A stretch of 64,000 nucleotides of DNA from an uncultured Pseudomonadota bacterium (lineage in GTDB: Bacteria; Myxococcota_A; Polyangia; Fen-1088), in the NCBI GenBank assembly GCA_963847705.1, contig CAWKBC010000040.1, positions 64,001 to 128,000 on the forward strand. The letters are read 5' to 3'. Made by a program: the position numbers and the translations under genes. Under the pieces are notes generated by a model, which had not been told where the DNA came from, ran no database searches, and saw only the letters and a list, made by a program, of their open reading frames with translations. Of the stretch, positions 44,655 to 55,254 are shown one piece after another (positions within the stretch are counted from its first letter, which is position 1; every line of letters begins with the position of its first letter).

Positions 44655-47429
44655 TCAAGGAGCGAGCGTGATGGAGGCATCGTCGACGTAGATATCCGGG
44701 CACTCGACCTGCCCCGCCCCGGTTCCGCAGGTTGAACCGTCCTGCTGGATGTAGACGCCCGCGGCGGCCAGCTGGCAGCCCGCCGGCGCGTTCGCGGGCG
44801 GGAAGGTGACGCTGCCGGAGAGCAGGTTCCAGGTGCCCCCGGTGACCTGCGACGCGATGGCGATCTGACCGGGGAACTGCTGCGACCCGCCCTGGCAGGT
44901 GTACACCGGCTGCAGAATCAGATCTCGCGGCACCGAGCCGGTGTGCAAGGCGTAGAAGGAGACGTTGTACTTGGCGACGCCGATCGGCAAGTTCCACTTG
45001 GGGCCCTGGTAGGTCTGCGTCCTGGTCGTATCGACCATGCTGTTGGTCCCACCATGGGCCTGAGCCGTGGTGATCGCCAGCGAGCCGCCGGTTTGCGACC
45101 AGCCAGCCGTCGTGCCGGCCTCGAAGTTCGGGTTGCCGATCAGGTTGTGCCCGTCGGTGACCGTCACGACCAGGTCGTCGATGAACAGATTGGGGAAGGC
45201 CGTCGGCGCCTCGGTTCCCGTCTGATTGAGATAGGCCATCACGGAGTCGACCACGCCCCCCGTCTTGGTTGGGTCGCACCCCGTGATCGTCGTGAGGTCG
45301 ACGGTTCCGGTGATCTTGGTCCACGTCCCTGAGGGGAGCGAGACGCCGTAGCCCCCGACCGCGGGGTAGTTTGCAACGCCGGGCGACCCGCAGTTGAGGC
45401 CGAGCTGGATCACCCCCGACGCGAAGGTCGGGTCGGTGTTCTGCATGGCCCAGGCGGTGATGTTGTACTTCCCAGCCCCGGTCGGGAGCGCGTAGGCCGG
45501 CCCCTGGTAATTCAAGGTTCGCGTGGTGTCGGCCAGGCTGTACGTGCCGCCGTGGACGAGGCCCGCGCCGGTCTCGATCGCCAGCGTGCCGCCGCCGTTC
45601 GTCGACCAACCCGTGGTGGCGTTGTACTCGAGGTCGCCGTTGCCCGCCAGGTTCACGGGCGTGACGCTGTTGTTGGCGACGCAGACCCCGGCGCTGCAGA
45701 ACCCGCTGTTGCAATCGGTGTCGAGGGTGCAGCTGGTCTTGCAAGTCGGGCCGCTGGCGCTGCACTGGTAGGTGCCGCAGGAGCTGGGCACGCCGGCGGC
45801 GCAGGTCCCCGCGCCGTCGCAGGTGGGCACCGGAAGCAGCGTGGCGCCCGTGCAGGCGGCCACGCCGCAGGTGGTCCCGGCGGCCCACTTGCGGCAGGCA
45901 CCGGCGCCGTCGCAGAAGCCGTCGTGACCGCAGGAGGTGGCCGGGTCGGCCGTGCAGTCGTTGTGCACGTCGGTCCCGGAGACGGCGGGGGTGCACTGCC
46001 CGAGGGTCCCCACACCGCCGCAGGTCACGCAGGTCCCGTTGCAGATACTGTCGCAGCAGACCCCGTCGACGCAGAAGCCGCTCTGGCAAGCATCGGCCCC
46101 ACCGCAGGCGGTGCCGTTCGCCTCTTGCGCCGTGCAGACACCGGCCGAGCAGAAGTACCCGGTCGTGCAGTCGGTGTCTGCGGTGCAAGTCGTCGCGCAG
46201 GACGTCGTGCCGCACATGTACGGGGCGCAGGACGCGGTGGTGGCCGTCAGGCAGGTGCCGGCGCCGTCACAGAGCCGGGGCTGCGTGTCGGTCGAACCGC
46301 TGCAGGATTCGTTGCTGCAACCGGTGCCGGCCGCGTAGAGCCGACAGGCACCGGCGCCGTCACAGGTGCCGTCGTGGCCGCAGGAGGTGGTGGGATCCGT
46401 CGCGCATTCGCTGTCGGGATCCGTCCCCGCGGTGATCGGACGACAGAGGCCGTCGGCCGCGCCGGTCTTGGCGCTCGCGCAGGCGTTGCAGAGGCTCCCG
46501 CAGGCCGATTCGCAGCAGACGCCGTCGACGCAGTCGCCGCTCGCGCACTGGCTCGCCGCGGAGCAGGTGGCGCCGTTGGCCTGCGGAGCGATGCAGTGGC
46601 CCGCCGACGAGCAGAAGGTGCTGCTCGAGCAGTCGGCGTTCGAGAGGCAGGAGGTCTTGCAGGAGGTGGCCCCGCAGACGTAGTTGCCGCACGATGCGGT
46701 GGTCGCCGCTCGGCAGGTCCCCGTGCCGTCGCAGGTCTGGGCCGACGTGTCCGTCGCGCCGCTGCACGATTCGGAGGTGCCGCAGGTCGTGCCGATGATC
46801 CACTTGCGGCAGGCCCCGGCCCCGTCGCACATGCCGTCGAATCCGCAGCTGGTTTGCGTCTCCGCCGCGCACTCGTTGTCGGGATCGCTCCCGGCGGTGA
46901 CAGGACGGCAGAGACCGTCGGCCGCGCCGGTCTTGGCGCTCGCGCAGGCGTTGCAGAGGCCCGCGCAGGCCGTCTCACAGCAGACGCCGTCGACACAAAA
47001 ACCACTGAGACAATCCGTGGCCGCGTTGCAGAGGCCGCCGTTGCCGCCGTCCGGACGACCGTCGCTCCCCGCGTCCGTCGGGCCAGAGTCGGCCGCGGCA
47101 TCCAGGCCCGCCGCGCCGCCCACGCCGGCGATGCCGCCCGCGCCGCCGCTGCCGGTCAGGCCCGCCGCGCCGCCCGCCCCCGAGACACCGCCCGTGCCGC
47201 CGGTGGCGACCGCTCCGGCCGCGCCGCCGGCTCCCACCGCGCCACCGGCGCCGGTTCCCCCCGTGCCGACGGCGCCGCCGCCCGTGCCGCCGGTGCCGAG
47301 CTTGCCGGCTTCGCCGGCCCCCCCCTCACCGGTGCCCCCGCTACCGCCACCGCCGCAAGCCACCATGACGAAGATGGACGCCAGGGCCAAGAGACGGACC
47401 CCCCGCGCTTGAAAGCTGAGATTGGCCAT
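44655..47429 (-). CDS. Large Cys-repeat lipoprotein with two CBM4/9-like modules (paralog of 42803-44596)
   Basis: VMVAC lipobox; three CxSGxCVDGVCC...CDGAGAC repeats; NLAGNGDLE and NLIGNPNFE modules. Confidence 0.85.
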   Translation of the reverse strand: MANLSFQARGVRLLALASIFVMVACGGGGSGGTGEGGAGEAGKLGTGGTGGGAVGTGGTGAGGAVGAGGAAGAVATGGTGGVSGAGGAAGLTGSGGAGGIAGVGGAAGLDAAADSGPTDAGSDGRPDGGNGGLCNAATDCLSGFCVDGVCCETACAGLCNACASAKTGAADGLCRPVTAGSDPDNECAAETQTSCGFDGMCDGAGACRKWIIGTTCGTSESCSGATDTSAQTCDGTGTCRAATTASCGNYVCGATSCKTSCLSNADCSSSTFCSSAGHCIAPQANGATCSAASQCASGDCVDGVCCESACGSLCNACASAKTGAADGLCRPITAGTDPDSECATDPTTSCGHDGTCDGAGACRLYAAGTGCSNESCSGSTDTQPRLCDGAGTCLTATTASCAPYMCGTTSCATTCTADTDCTTGYFCSAGVCTAQEANGTACGGADACQSGFCVDGVCCDSICNGTCVTCGGVGTLGQCTPAVSGTDVHNDCTADPATSCGHDGFCDGAGACRKWAAGTTCGVAACTGATLLPVPTCDGAGTCAAGVPSSCGTYQCSASGPTCKTSCTLDTDCNSGFCSAGVCVANNSVTPVNLAGNGDLEYNATTGWSTNGGGTLAIETGAGLVHGGTYSLADTTRTLNYQGPAYALPTGAGKYNITAWAMQNTDPTFASGVIQLGLNCGSPGVANYPAVGGYGVSLPSGTWTKITGTVDLTTITGCDPTKTGGVVDSVMAYLNQTGTEAPTAFPNLFIDDLVVTVTDGHNLIGNPNFEAGTTAGWSQTGGSLAITTAQAHGGTNSMVDTTRTQTYQGPKWNLPIGVAKYNVSFYALHTGSVPRDLILQPVYTCQGGSQQFPGQIAIASQVTGGTWNLLSGSVTFPPANAPAGCQLAAAGVYIQQDGSTCGTGAGQVECPDIYVDDASITLAP

Positions 47430-47495
47430 GCCTTCCATTCTCGTCCTCCTTGGCGACCGGCGCCAAAACGTTGTCAACGACCCGCCAACATTCTC

Positions 47496-48888
47496 CTAAA
47501 GACCTAGAAATGCCTCCAGAACGCCCGCGTAAGCAGGCTTGGGAACGTAATTATCGTCGAACAGCAAAGGTTGAGGAGCGGCGCAGCTAACACCATTGAG
47601 CCACGAATACTTGTCCGGCACGCCCCAGACCGTCACCGCCAGGCAGAGCGGCTCGGCCGCACACACGGCCACGAGGTCGTGAAACCTCGTTTTCTGGGTG
47701 TTCACGTCGCCCGCGCACAGCTGTACATCCATCTCGCTGATCACGACATTGAGCCCGATGGCCTCCAGCCGCTCCATGTTGGCCGCGACCTGAGCGGCCG
47801 ACGGCGATGTATCGGCGGGTCCGGTGTGCATCTGAAGCCCGACGCCGTTGATGGGAACGCCGCGCGCCAGCATCCCCTTCACCATGTTGTAGACGTAATC
47901 GGACTTCGCCCCGGCCCCTTCGGCGCCGTAGTCATTATAGAGAAGCAGCGCGCCCGGGTCGGCCGCGTGGGCCGCGTTGAAAGCATCGTCGATGTAACCG
48001 GCGCCAAGGTATTGGTAAAAGATCGAGTTGCGGAGCGACTGGCCGTCATCCGCCACTGCCTCGTTGACGACATCCCAGGCAATCACCTGCCCACGGTAGT
48101 GCGAGACGACCTGGGTCACGTGGTTGATCATCGCCGCGTGAAGCGCGGTCGCATCCGTGATGGCAGAGACCCAGTCCGGCAGCTGGGAGTGCCAGACCAG
48201 CGTGTGTCCCTTCACCTTCATCCCGTTCTGCTGGGCGAAGGCGGTGATCGCGTCGCCGCCTCCGAACGTGAACACGTTCTGGGTGGGTTCGGTGGCGTCC
48301 CACTTCATCTCGTTCTCGGGGGTGGCGAAGTCGAACGCGGCGGCGGCGGTCGCGGCGTAGGCCGCCTCCGACAGATGAGACGCCCCGATGGCAGCACCAA
48401 TCAGACGTCCAGTCCGCGCGGCGGCAGTCTTGAGCGTCATCGCCTGGCCCGCGTCGATCGAATCCATCGCCGGCGGCGGCGTCGGCTCCGCCTGAAGCGC
48501 CTGCACTGCCTCTGCCTCCTGCACTGCCTGCAGCGCCTGCACGGCCTCCGCCGCCCGCGCTGCCTGCGGAGCCTCCGCCGCCCGCGTCCACGCCGCCCGC
48601 GTCCACGCCGCCCGCTCGGCCTCCGCCGCCCGCGCTGCCTGCACGGCCTCCGCTGCCGGCGTCCACACCGCCCTCACGCCCCGCACCACCGCTGCCGCCA
48701 TCCAGTCGACCACCTCCTGCGCCGCCCGCCACGCCCCCACCGGTCCCGCCGACGACGGCGTCGTCGCGGCGGCACGCGGCGGCGCTCAGGATCATGAGAC
48801 TGGCGAACGTGCGGAGCGCCGGCACGCAGCGACGCTGAACGCAACGATTGGGAAGGCGTTTCGAAAAGCGACGCGCGGCGGGGTTCAT
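47496..48888 (-). pseudogene. GH10 endo-1,4-beta-xylanase with a 1-nt frameshift between the lipoprotein/linker part and the catalytic domain
   Basis: TPENEMKW, GHTLVWHSQ, WDVVNE, GVGLQMH, ISEMD intact; signal SAAAC and Gly linker lie in another frame; removing one T at ~48461 restores ...GDGSIDAG... Confidence 0.8.
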
Positions 48889-49079
48889 ATCAACCGAAGG
48901 CCCCTTGAAGGAGGTTGGTCGGCGGCGTGCGCGAAAAGGGGGAGATCAGTGTTGCAAAATTCGCGGGCGCTCCGATACGTATGCTTTTACGTACAGCGCA
49001 ACAGAGAACTCACCTGCCCCGACATGCACCGTGGTCGTTGTATCCCGGCGCGCGGCCCCATTAGAATTCCCTCGCCGCC

Positions 49080-50906
49080 GTGATACCCAATGTAGAGCCA
49101 GGTACGTTGCTGGGAGGCACGTACCGCATCGTGCGCCGGATCGGGAGCGGCGGCATGGGTGAGGTCTACGAGGCGACCCACGCCCGCCTGGCCCACCGCT
49201 ACGCCGTGAAGTTCCTCCACCCGGGCATGCGCGACCACCCCGAGGCGCTGCCACGGTTCATGCGTGAGGCGCAGGTGACCTCGCGGCTGCGACATCCCGG
49301 GATCGTGTCGGTCGTCGACTTCAACACGCTTGCCGACGGCGTGGCCTACCTGGTGATGGAGTACCTGGAAGGCGAGCCGCTCGGGAAGGTCCTCTCTCGA
49401 ACCGGTCCCTTGCCGCTCCCCCGCGTCGTCGACATCACCGATCAACTGAGCTCGGCGCTCACGGCCGCGCACCTCGAAGGGGTGGTCCATCGCGACATGC
49501 ACCCGCAGAACGTCTTCGTGATGCCCGCCACGGGCGGCCAGGGCGAGCGGGTGAAGATTCTCGACTTCGGCATCTCGAAGATCGCCTCGATCTCCCAGAA
49601 GATCACCGGCATGGCGGCGGTGCTGGGGACGCCCCAGTACATGTCGCCGGAGCAGGCCGAGGGTAAGATCGACCAGCTCGACGCCGCGTCGGATCAGTTC
49701 TCGCTGGCCGCGATCGTGTACGAAATGCTCACCGGGCGGCCGGCGTTCTCCGGCGAGACGCTGGCCTCGGTCGCTTACCAGGTCGTGCACGCCGCCGCGG
49801 CTCCGATTCGAGATGTCCGTCCCGAGCTCCCGGGCGAGCTGGATCAGGTGCTCTCGCGCGCCCTGGCCAAGAACCAGAAGGCCCGATTCCCCTCGGTCTC
49901 GGAGTTCGCGCTGCATTTTCGCTGGACGGCCAGCTTGCCGGTGAACGAAGCCCAACGGCGCTCGCGCGTTGCGGCCGCCGGCGCGCCCGCGCTCGAAGCC
50001 GACACCGAGGAGACGACGGCGGTCTCGGCGCTCCCCTCGGGGATGGCCGAGGTCTTGCGGCAGACCTCCGGGCTCTCCCCGCGCGGCGACGCGCCCGCGG
50101 CGAGCGCGATGCAACGACCACCGGGGGCAGAATCAACGTTCGACGAGGCGACCGTCGTGCGCCCCTCCACGTTCGCCAACAACGAACCGACGGTGGTGGC
50201 CACGTCGCTGCTGGCGGCGGACGATCCGTCGCTGGTGACGAGGGCCCCCCACGCCGAGACGATCCTGACGGTGGCGAGAGAGCGCAGAGGGCGCCTGCGT
50301 CCCTTCGTCGCGCTGGCAGGCCTGCTTCTCATCGTCGGTGCCGCGGTCGCGTTGCGCGGAGGCGCCCGACCGACCGGTGATGCCGCCAGGGCACCCTCGC
50401 CGCCGGCCGCGCCGGCGCCGGCCACCAGCGCCCCGGTCGCTCTCCCCTCGCCTGCGCCCGCACCGCGAGCGCCGGCCGCGCCCCGTGAAACAACAGCCTC
50501 GGGGCAGGCGCCGGGTCCTCCGGGAGCCGCGGCGACGGCGTTGGTCCGCGCGGCGGCGGGCGGCGAAGCGGTGGCCAATGGAAAACCGTTGCCCCGGGGA
50601 CGTGCGCGCGCGGCCGGCCCCCTCAAAGCGAACCCACCGCCCGCGCTCGACCATCCGGAGGCGCGGACCGCCGCGGCGGACTGCCGCCTCACGATCGGCT
50701 CGTACCCCTGGGCCGACCTCTGGATCGACGGCGCAAACACCGGGCAGCAAACGCCGGTTGTCGGATTGCCCGTGACCTGCGGTCCCCACCGGTTGGGGCT
50801 CAAGCGACGGGACCTGAGGGTCGATCAGGAGGAGAACGTGACGGTCAATGAGGGGCGGGAGTTCAAACGTGAGTACGAGCTGGAAGGCGCGGCCCTCGAC
50901 GAATGA
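49080..50906 (+). CDS. Ser/Thr protein kinase with TM segment and C-terminal PEGA-like domain
   Basis: GSGGMGEVY, AVK, HRDMHPQN, DFG, GTPQYMSPEQ; PWADLWIDG..TP. Confidence 0.93.
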   Translation: MIPNVEPGTLLGGTYRIVRRIGSGGMGEVYEATHARLAHRYAVKFLHPGMRDHPEALPRFMREAQVTSRLRHPGIVSVVDFNTLADGVAYLVMEYLEGEPLGKVLSRTGPLPLPRVVDITDQLSSALTAAHLEGVVHRDMHPQNVFVMPATGGQGERVKILDFGISKIASISQKITGMAAVLGTPQYMSPEQAEGKIDQLDAASDQFSLAAIVYEMLTGRPAFSGETLASVAYQVVHAAAAPIRDVRPELPGELDQVLSRALAKNQKARFPSVSEFALHFRWTASLPVNEAQRRSRVAAAGAPALEADTEETTAVSALPSGMAEVLRQTSGLSPRGDAPAASAMQRPPGAESTFDEATVVRPSTFANNEPTVVATSLLAADDPSLVTRAPHAETILTVARERRGRLRPFVALAGLLLIVGAAVALRGGARPTGDAARAPSPPAAPAPATSAPVALPSPAPAPRAPAAPRETTASGQAPGPPGAAATALVRAAAGGEAVANGKPLPRGRARAAGPLKANPPPALDHPEARTAAADCRLTIGSYPWADLWIDGANTGQQTPVVGLPVTCGPHRLGLKRRDLRVDQEENVTVNEGREFKREYELEGAALDE

Positions 50907-51011
50907 ACACGAGGAGCCCCGGCGGTCGAGGTGCGACCGGGTCGGAGGAACTCCCACAACGCCGCGTTTCGATTGGCGACGGCGTGGCTCTTCGCACGAG
51001 ATCGGCTTACG

Positions 51012-52958
51012 ATGATCCCCGTGGAGGTCAGCGGTCAGCCGTGTCCTCTCCCGGGAGCGAAGCCGTTCGGGAAGTACTATCTCCTCGATCGGATCGGAGT
51101 GGGAGGGATGGCGGAGGTGTTCCTGGCCGTCGCCTTCGGGCTGCAGGGATTCCAGCGCACGCTGGTGATCAAGCGGATGCTCGCGCACCTCTCGCAGGAC
51201 AGCGCCTTCGTCAAGATGTTCATCGACGAGGCGAAACTCTCCGGCCTCCTCTCCCACCCGAACCTGGTTCAGATCTTCGAGTTCGGTCAGATCGACGAGA
51301 GCTTCTTCATCGCGATGGAGCACGTCCAGGGTGAGACGTTGCTCACCGTGCAAGCCAAGCTCGCCGAGCAGGGGCGCATCGCGCCCGTCGGCGCCAGCCT
51401 GGAGATCATTCGTCAGGTCTGCCTCGGGCTGAACTACGCGCACGGGCTGCAGTCGGCGAGCGGTCAGCCGATCGGCATCGTCCACCGCGACGTCTCGCCG
51501 TCGAACCTCATGCTCTCGTTCCACGGCGGCATGAAGATCCTCGACTTCGGGATCGCCCGCGTCACCGAGGAGCTGCGCGAGACCAAGACCCAGGCCGGCA
51601 CGATGAAGGGGAAGGTCGCGTACATGTCCCCGGAGCAGGTGCGGATGGAGCAGACCGACAACCGGTCGGACATCTTCGCCACCGGCATCGTGCTGCACGA
51701 GATGTTGACCGGACGCCGGCTGTTCAAATCGGCCAACGAGTTCACTGGCGCCAAGAAGGTGCTCGAGGCGGTGGTGCCGCTCCCCTCCTCGTTGAACCCG
51801 GAGGTGCCGGCGTCCGTCGATCCGATCGTCATGCGCGCGCTCGAGCGAAAGCTCGAGGACCGCTACCAGACCGCGGGCGAGATGGCGGAGGATCTGGAGA
51901 AGGCGCTGTTCGAGATGCGGGCCTCGCCGCACGAGCCGCGGAACCTGATCCTCTCGCTGTTTCCCAAGGGCCCCTCGCGCTCGGGCGAGATCCAGCTCCC
52001 CTTCACCCCGTCCCGGGCCTCGGGGCATGAAGGACAGGACGGCCACGGGACCCCCTCGCGCAGCGCCGCACGAGCCTCGCCGAACAAGGTCACCCGGCCG
52101 ATGCCGGAGGGGCCGCTGGAGATCGATCTCGGGGATCTGGCCGCCTCGGGGCCGGTCGTCGCCAGCCGTCGCCGCCGGGGACGGCGCAAGTGGCTGGCGC
52201 TGGGCGCGCTCGGTGGCGCGGTGGTGGCGCTGGTGCTGCTCGCGCAATCTCCTCGGAAAGGCTCGCAGCAGGCGGTGACCGTGTCGCCGGCGGGCGCTCA
52301 ATCGGCGCCGTCGGCCGCTCAACCGGTGCCGGCGCCCGCACCCCCTTCTGAACCGGCGCCGCCCCCGCCCGTCGCCAGGGCCGCCGTCGTGGAGATCTCA
52401 CTCGATTCGAGCCCCCAGGACGCGCAGGTGATCCGCGAAGACTCCGGCGAGGTGGTCGGTCGCACGCCGCTGACCATCACGCTGCCCCAGGGACAAGAGG
52501 TGGTCTCCTTCCGGTTCGAGAAGCCCGGCTTCGCGCCGACGAGCTACAAGGTGATCCCCGATCTCGCCAAGCCGGTGCGCGCGGAGCTCATCGCCCAGCC
52601 GACGCCGGACCCCAGGCGCGCGATCGCTTCGCAGCAGCACCGGCCGGCGCCGCCACACGCCCACGCCCCAGCGCCGCACGAGGCGCGACCGGCCGCCCCG
52701 ATCGAGAGTGCGCCTGCCGCCGACCAGGCGCGCGACTGCCTGCTGTCGATCGCCTCCTTCCCCTGGGCGGATCTGTGGATCGACGGCCGGGACACCGGCC
52801 AGCGGACACCGGTGGTCCATTACCCGGTCTCCTGCGGCAGCCACAAGCTCGCGCTCAAGCGGCACGATCTCAAGCTCGATCGCGCCGAGCAGATCATGGT
52901 CGCCCCCGGCCACGAGCTCAAACAGCACTACGACCTCGGCGACGACTACGCGGAGTGA
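51012..52958 (+). CDS. Ser/Thr protein kinase with TM segment and two PEGA-like domains
   Basis: GVGGMAEV, HRDVSPSN, DFG, GKVAYMSPEQ. Confidence 0.93.
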   Translation: MIPVEVSGQPCPLPGAKPFGKYYLLDRIGVGGMAEVFLAVAFGLQGFQRTLVIKRMLAHLSQDSAFVKMFIDEAKLSGLLSHPNLVQIFEFGQIDESFFIAMEHVQGETLLTVQAKLAEQGRIAPVGASLEIIRQVCLGLNYAHGLQSASGQPIGIVHRDVSPSNLMLSFHGGMKILDFGIARVTEELRETKTQAGTMKGKVAYMSPEQVRMEQTDNRSDIFATGIVLHEMLTGRRLFKSANEFTGAKKVLEAVVPLPSSLNPEVPASVDPIVMRALERKLEDRYQTAGEMAEDLEKALFEMRASPHEPRNLILSLFPKGPSRSGEIQLPFTPSRASGHEGQDGHGTPSRSAARASPNKVTRPMPEGPLEIDLGDLAASGPVVASRRRRGRRKWLALGALGGAVVALVLLAQSPRKGSQQAVTVSPAGAQSAPSAAQPVPAPAPPSEPAPPPPVARAAVVEISLDSSPQDAQVIREDSGEVVGRTPLTITLPQGQEVVSFRFEKPGFAPTSYKVIPDLAKPVRAELIAQPTPDPRRAIASQQHRPAPPHAHAPAPHEARPAAPIESAPAADQARDCLLSIASFPWADLWIDGRDTGQRTPVVHYPVSCGSHKLALKRHDLKLDRAEQIMVAPGHELKQHYDLGDDYAE

Positions 52959-53024
52959 GCTGGGCGCGCCTCGCGCTCTCGGCGCGGCGGCACTGTCAAA
53001 GAGGGCGCTGTCAGAGGCGCGCCG

Positions 53025-54440
53025 TCAGAGCTGGAAGGCGACGCCGACGTTCAGGTCCGCGTTGGCGGTGAAGTGGGGCGCGCCCACCAGCCCGTCGAGC
53101 TCGACGACCAGCCCGACCCCGTCCGAGACGCGATACTGAAAGCCGACCCCGGGGCCGAACAGCCCCAATCCGGCGGCGACCGTATCCATGCAGGCCTCGG
53201 CTCCCGACGAGCCGCAGGTCGGAGGCGACGAAACCTTGGCGACGTGACGGATGTTGCCGACGCCCGCGGCGAGCGAGACGTACGGTTGAAACGCGCTCTC
53301 CGGCTCGACCAGCAACCATGTCGCCTTCAGCAGCCCCGCGAAGGCCCCGGTCGACGACGCGCAGACGTTGTCGCTGCCGCACTCGCCGGGAGCGGGATTG
53401 GGGACGTGATAGGGCGTGGCGCCGGTGACCAGCTGCAGCCGGGCCTGCACCCCGAGGCGCAACCGCGGCGTGACGAAGTAGCCAATCTCTGGCGCCAGCT
53501 GGCCGGCGCGGGTCCAGGCGACCCCCGACGAGGTCACGCTGTTTTGCGTCTCCTCGCCCGTTCCGCTCACGGTGCCGACCCCGGTCCCGCCGAGGAGCGC
53601 GAAGTAGAACCGCCGGGGCGCCCTCGCCGGCTGCGCTGGCTGGACGGTCACGGCCGCCGGCTTGGCCGTCTCCACCAGCGCCACCACCATCGGATCCGCG
53701 GCGGAGCCGCGCCGGACGATCACCGAACCATCGGCGCGCCGCGCCTCGATGAAATAGACCACCTGCTGCCCTGTCGTCGCCGACACCGGGATGGCCGCCT
53801 CGAAGGCGCCCGCCGGCCCCTTCCGCAGGGCCAGGTCCGTGAAGCCGGGGGCGGACGCCGCGCGGTAACGCAGGACGAGCGCGCTCGCGCCCAGATCCTT
53901 GTCGGGCAGGACCGAGATCGGGACCGGCCGGCCGACCTGTCCGAGGTGCACCGGCTCGTGCACGAGCGCCTTTTCCGGGGAGAGCTCGTCGTTGGCGCCG
54001 AGACTGGCGATCGCTTCGTCGAACGCCGCCTGGATCTCCGGATTGGCGAGCCCGGCGCTGAGCCGCACCTCGGGCTGGATCTGGAGCGCCTTGTGGAAGT
54101 ACGTGATGGCCTGGTCGCGCTGCTTGAAGCCACCGAGGGTCACGATCCCCAGCGTGACGAACGTGCGCGCCCGGATCGGATGCAGCGTGAGGCCCGCCCG
54201 CTCCGAAACGTCGAGCGCCTCGTTGAGGAGCTTCACCGCCGTCTCGAACTCCAGATGTTGGTACGCATCGACGGCCTTGCGGTTGAGCAGAGTGATCTTG
54301 CCGACCGTCGCGCTGTCGCGATCTTCCGCCTGAACGGGCCTCGGAAACAGCATGACGGCGAGGGCGCCGGCGATCAGCCAACGCGCACCGCGCGAGACGC
54401 CTCTTACCGACGGCTTGCCGTCATGAGCGCAGGTTCGCAC
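53025..54440 (-). CDS. Exported TPR-like protein with a probable C-terminal beta-barrel
   Basis: Signal ..PVQA; helical repeats (AITYFHKAL); alternating beta strands ending GVAFQL; start uncertain. Confidence 0.75.
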   Translation of the reverse strand: MRTCAHDGKPSVRGVSRGARWLIAGALAVMLFPRPVQAEDRDSATVGKITLLNRKAVDAYQHLEFETAVKLLNEALDVSERAGLTLHPIRARTFVTLGIVTLGGFKQRDQAITYFHKALQIQPEVRLSAGLANPEIQAAFDEAIASLGANDELSPEKALVHEPVHLGQVGRPVPISVLPDKDLGASALVLRYRAASAPGFTDLALRKGPAGAFEAAIPVSATTGQQVVYFIEARRADGSVIVRRGSAADPMVVALVETAKPAAVTVQPAQPARAPRRFYFALLGGTGVGTVSGTGEETQNSVTSSGVAWTRAGQLAPEIGYFVTPRLRLGVQARLQLVTGATPYHVPNPAPGECGSDNVCASSTGAFAGLLKATWLLVEPESAFQPYVSLAAGVGNIRHVAKVSSPPTCGSSGAEACMDTVAAGLGLFGPGVGFQYRVSDGVGLVVELDGLVGAPHFTANADLNVGVAFQL

Positions 54441-54666
54441 GCTTCAACAATAACGCCGAACGGCATGCCAAGGACAGCCCCGAACGGGTGGTCTCCTCGG
54501 TTAAAGCGGCGTCCGTCCTACGCGCTCGCACATGAACCCACGCTTCCCGCAACGCAGGCTGACCGAATTGGCGTCGCCCGCAGGCCCTGTTCGGCCCTGC
54601 TGGCCAACCTGGATTGTTGGTGGTTTGGCGATTTGCCAACAGACCCCGCGGAGCGCGAATGGACAC

Positions 54667-55146
54667 CTATTTAATGGGGACGACGCCCGCGACCAGCTCG
54701 CGCACGATGGGCAGCGCTCTGTTGACGTGCCCCTTCATGTCGATCATCGACGTGAAGACGTGCCGGACGATCCCTCCGCGGTCGATCACGAAGGTGACCC
54801 TGTCGCGCAGGAATCCCAGCCGGCTGCGGATCCCATAGAGATCGTGAACGCTGCCCTGCGGGTCGGCGAGCAAGACGAAGGGGAGCTTGTGGTGTGCAGC
54901 GAAGCGTCCGTGCGAGACACTGTCGTCGCGGCTCACCCCGACCACCTCGGCGCCGGCCGCCGTGAAGTCGTCGTAGGCGTCGCGGAAGGCACAGGACTCC
55001 GCGGTGCAGCCGGGGGTCTCGTCCTTCGGGTAGAAGTAGAGCACCACCGCCTTCTTCGACAGGAGCTCCCCCAGGTGGACGGGCCTCCCCTCGGCGTCGG
55101 GCAAGGTGAAATCAGGGGCGCGGTCACCGATGTTCGGTCTTGGCAT
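54667..55146 (-). CDS. bcp: Peroxiredoxin (BCP/PrxQ)
   Basis: FYPKDETPGCTAESC, GVSRD, RVTFVID. Confidence 0.92.
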   Translation of the reverse strand: MPRPNIGDRAPDFTLPDAEGRPVHLGELLSKKAVVLYFYPKDETPGCTAESCAFRDAYDDFTAAGAEVVGVSRDDSVSHGRFAAHHKLPFVLLADPQGSVHDLYGIRSRLGFLRDRVTFVIDRGGIVRHVFTSMIDMKGHVNRALPIVRELVAGVVPIK

Positions 55147-55254
55147 GCGGTGTCCTCTCGTCGTCAATTGTAGGTCTGCGGGCCGCCGGTGGCGTCGCCT
55201 GGACGGCCTGAGGCTCGGTTCAAGATCCGCGTGAGATGTCACGAGTATAGGGCC

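Noticed and set aside
54590-54645. Short CCAAC/GTTGG and TTGGC/GCCAA inverted repeats
   Set aside because: Only 5-6 bp arms; could be operators but not distinguishable from chance
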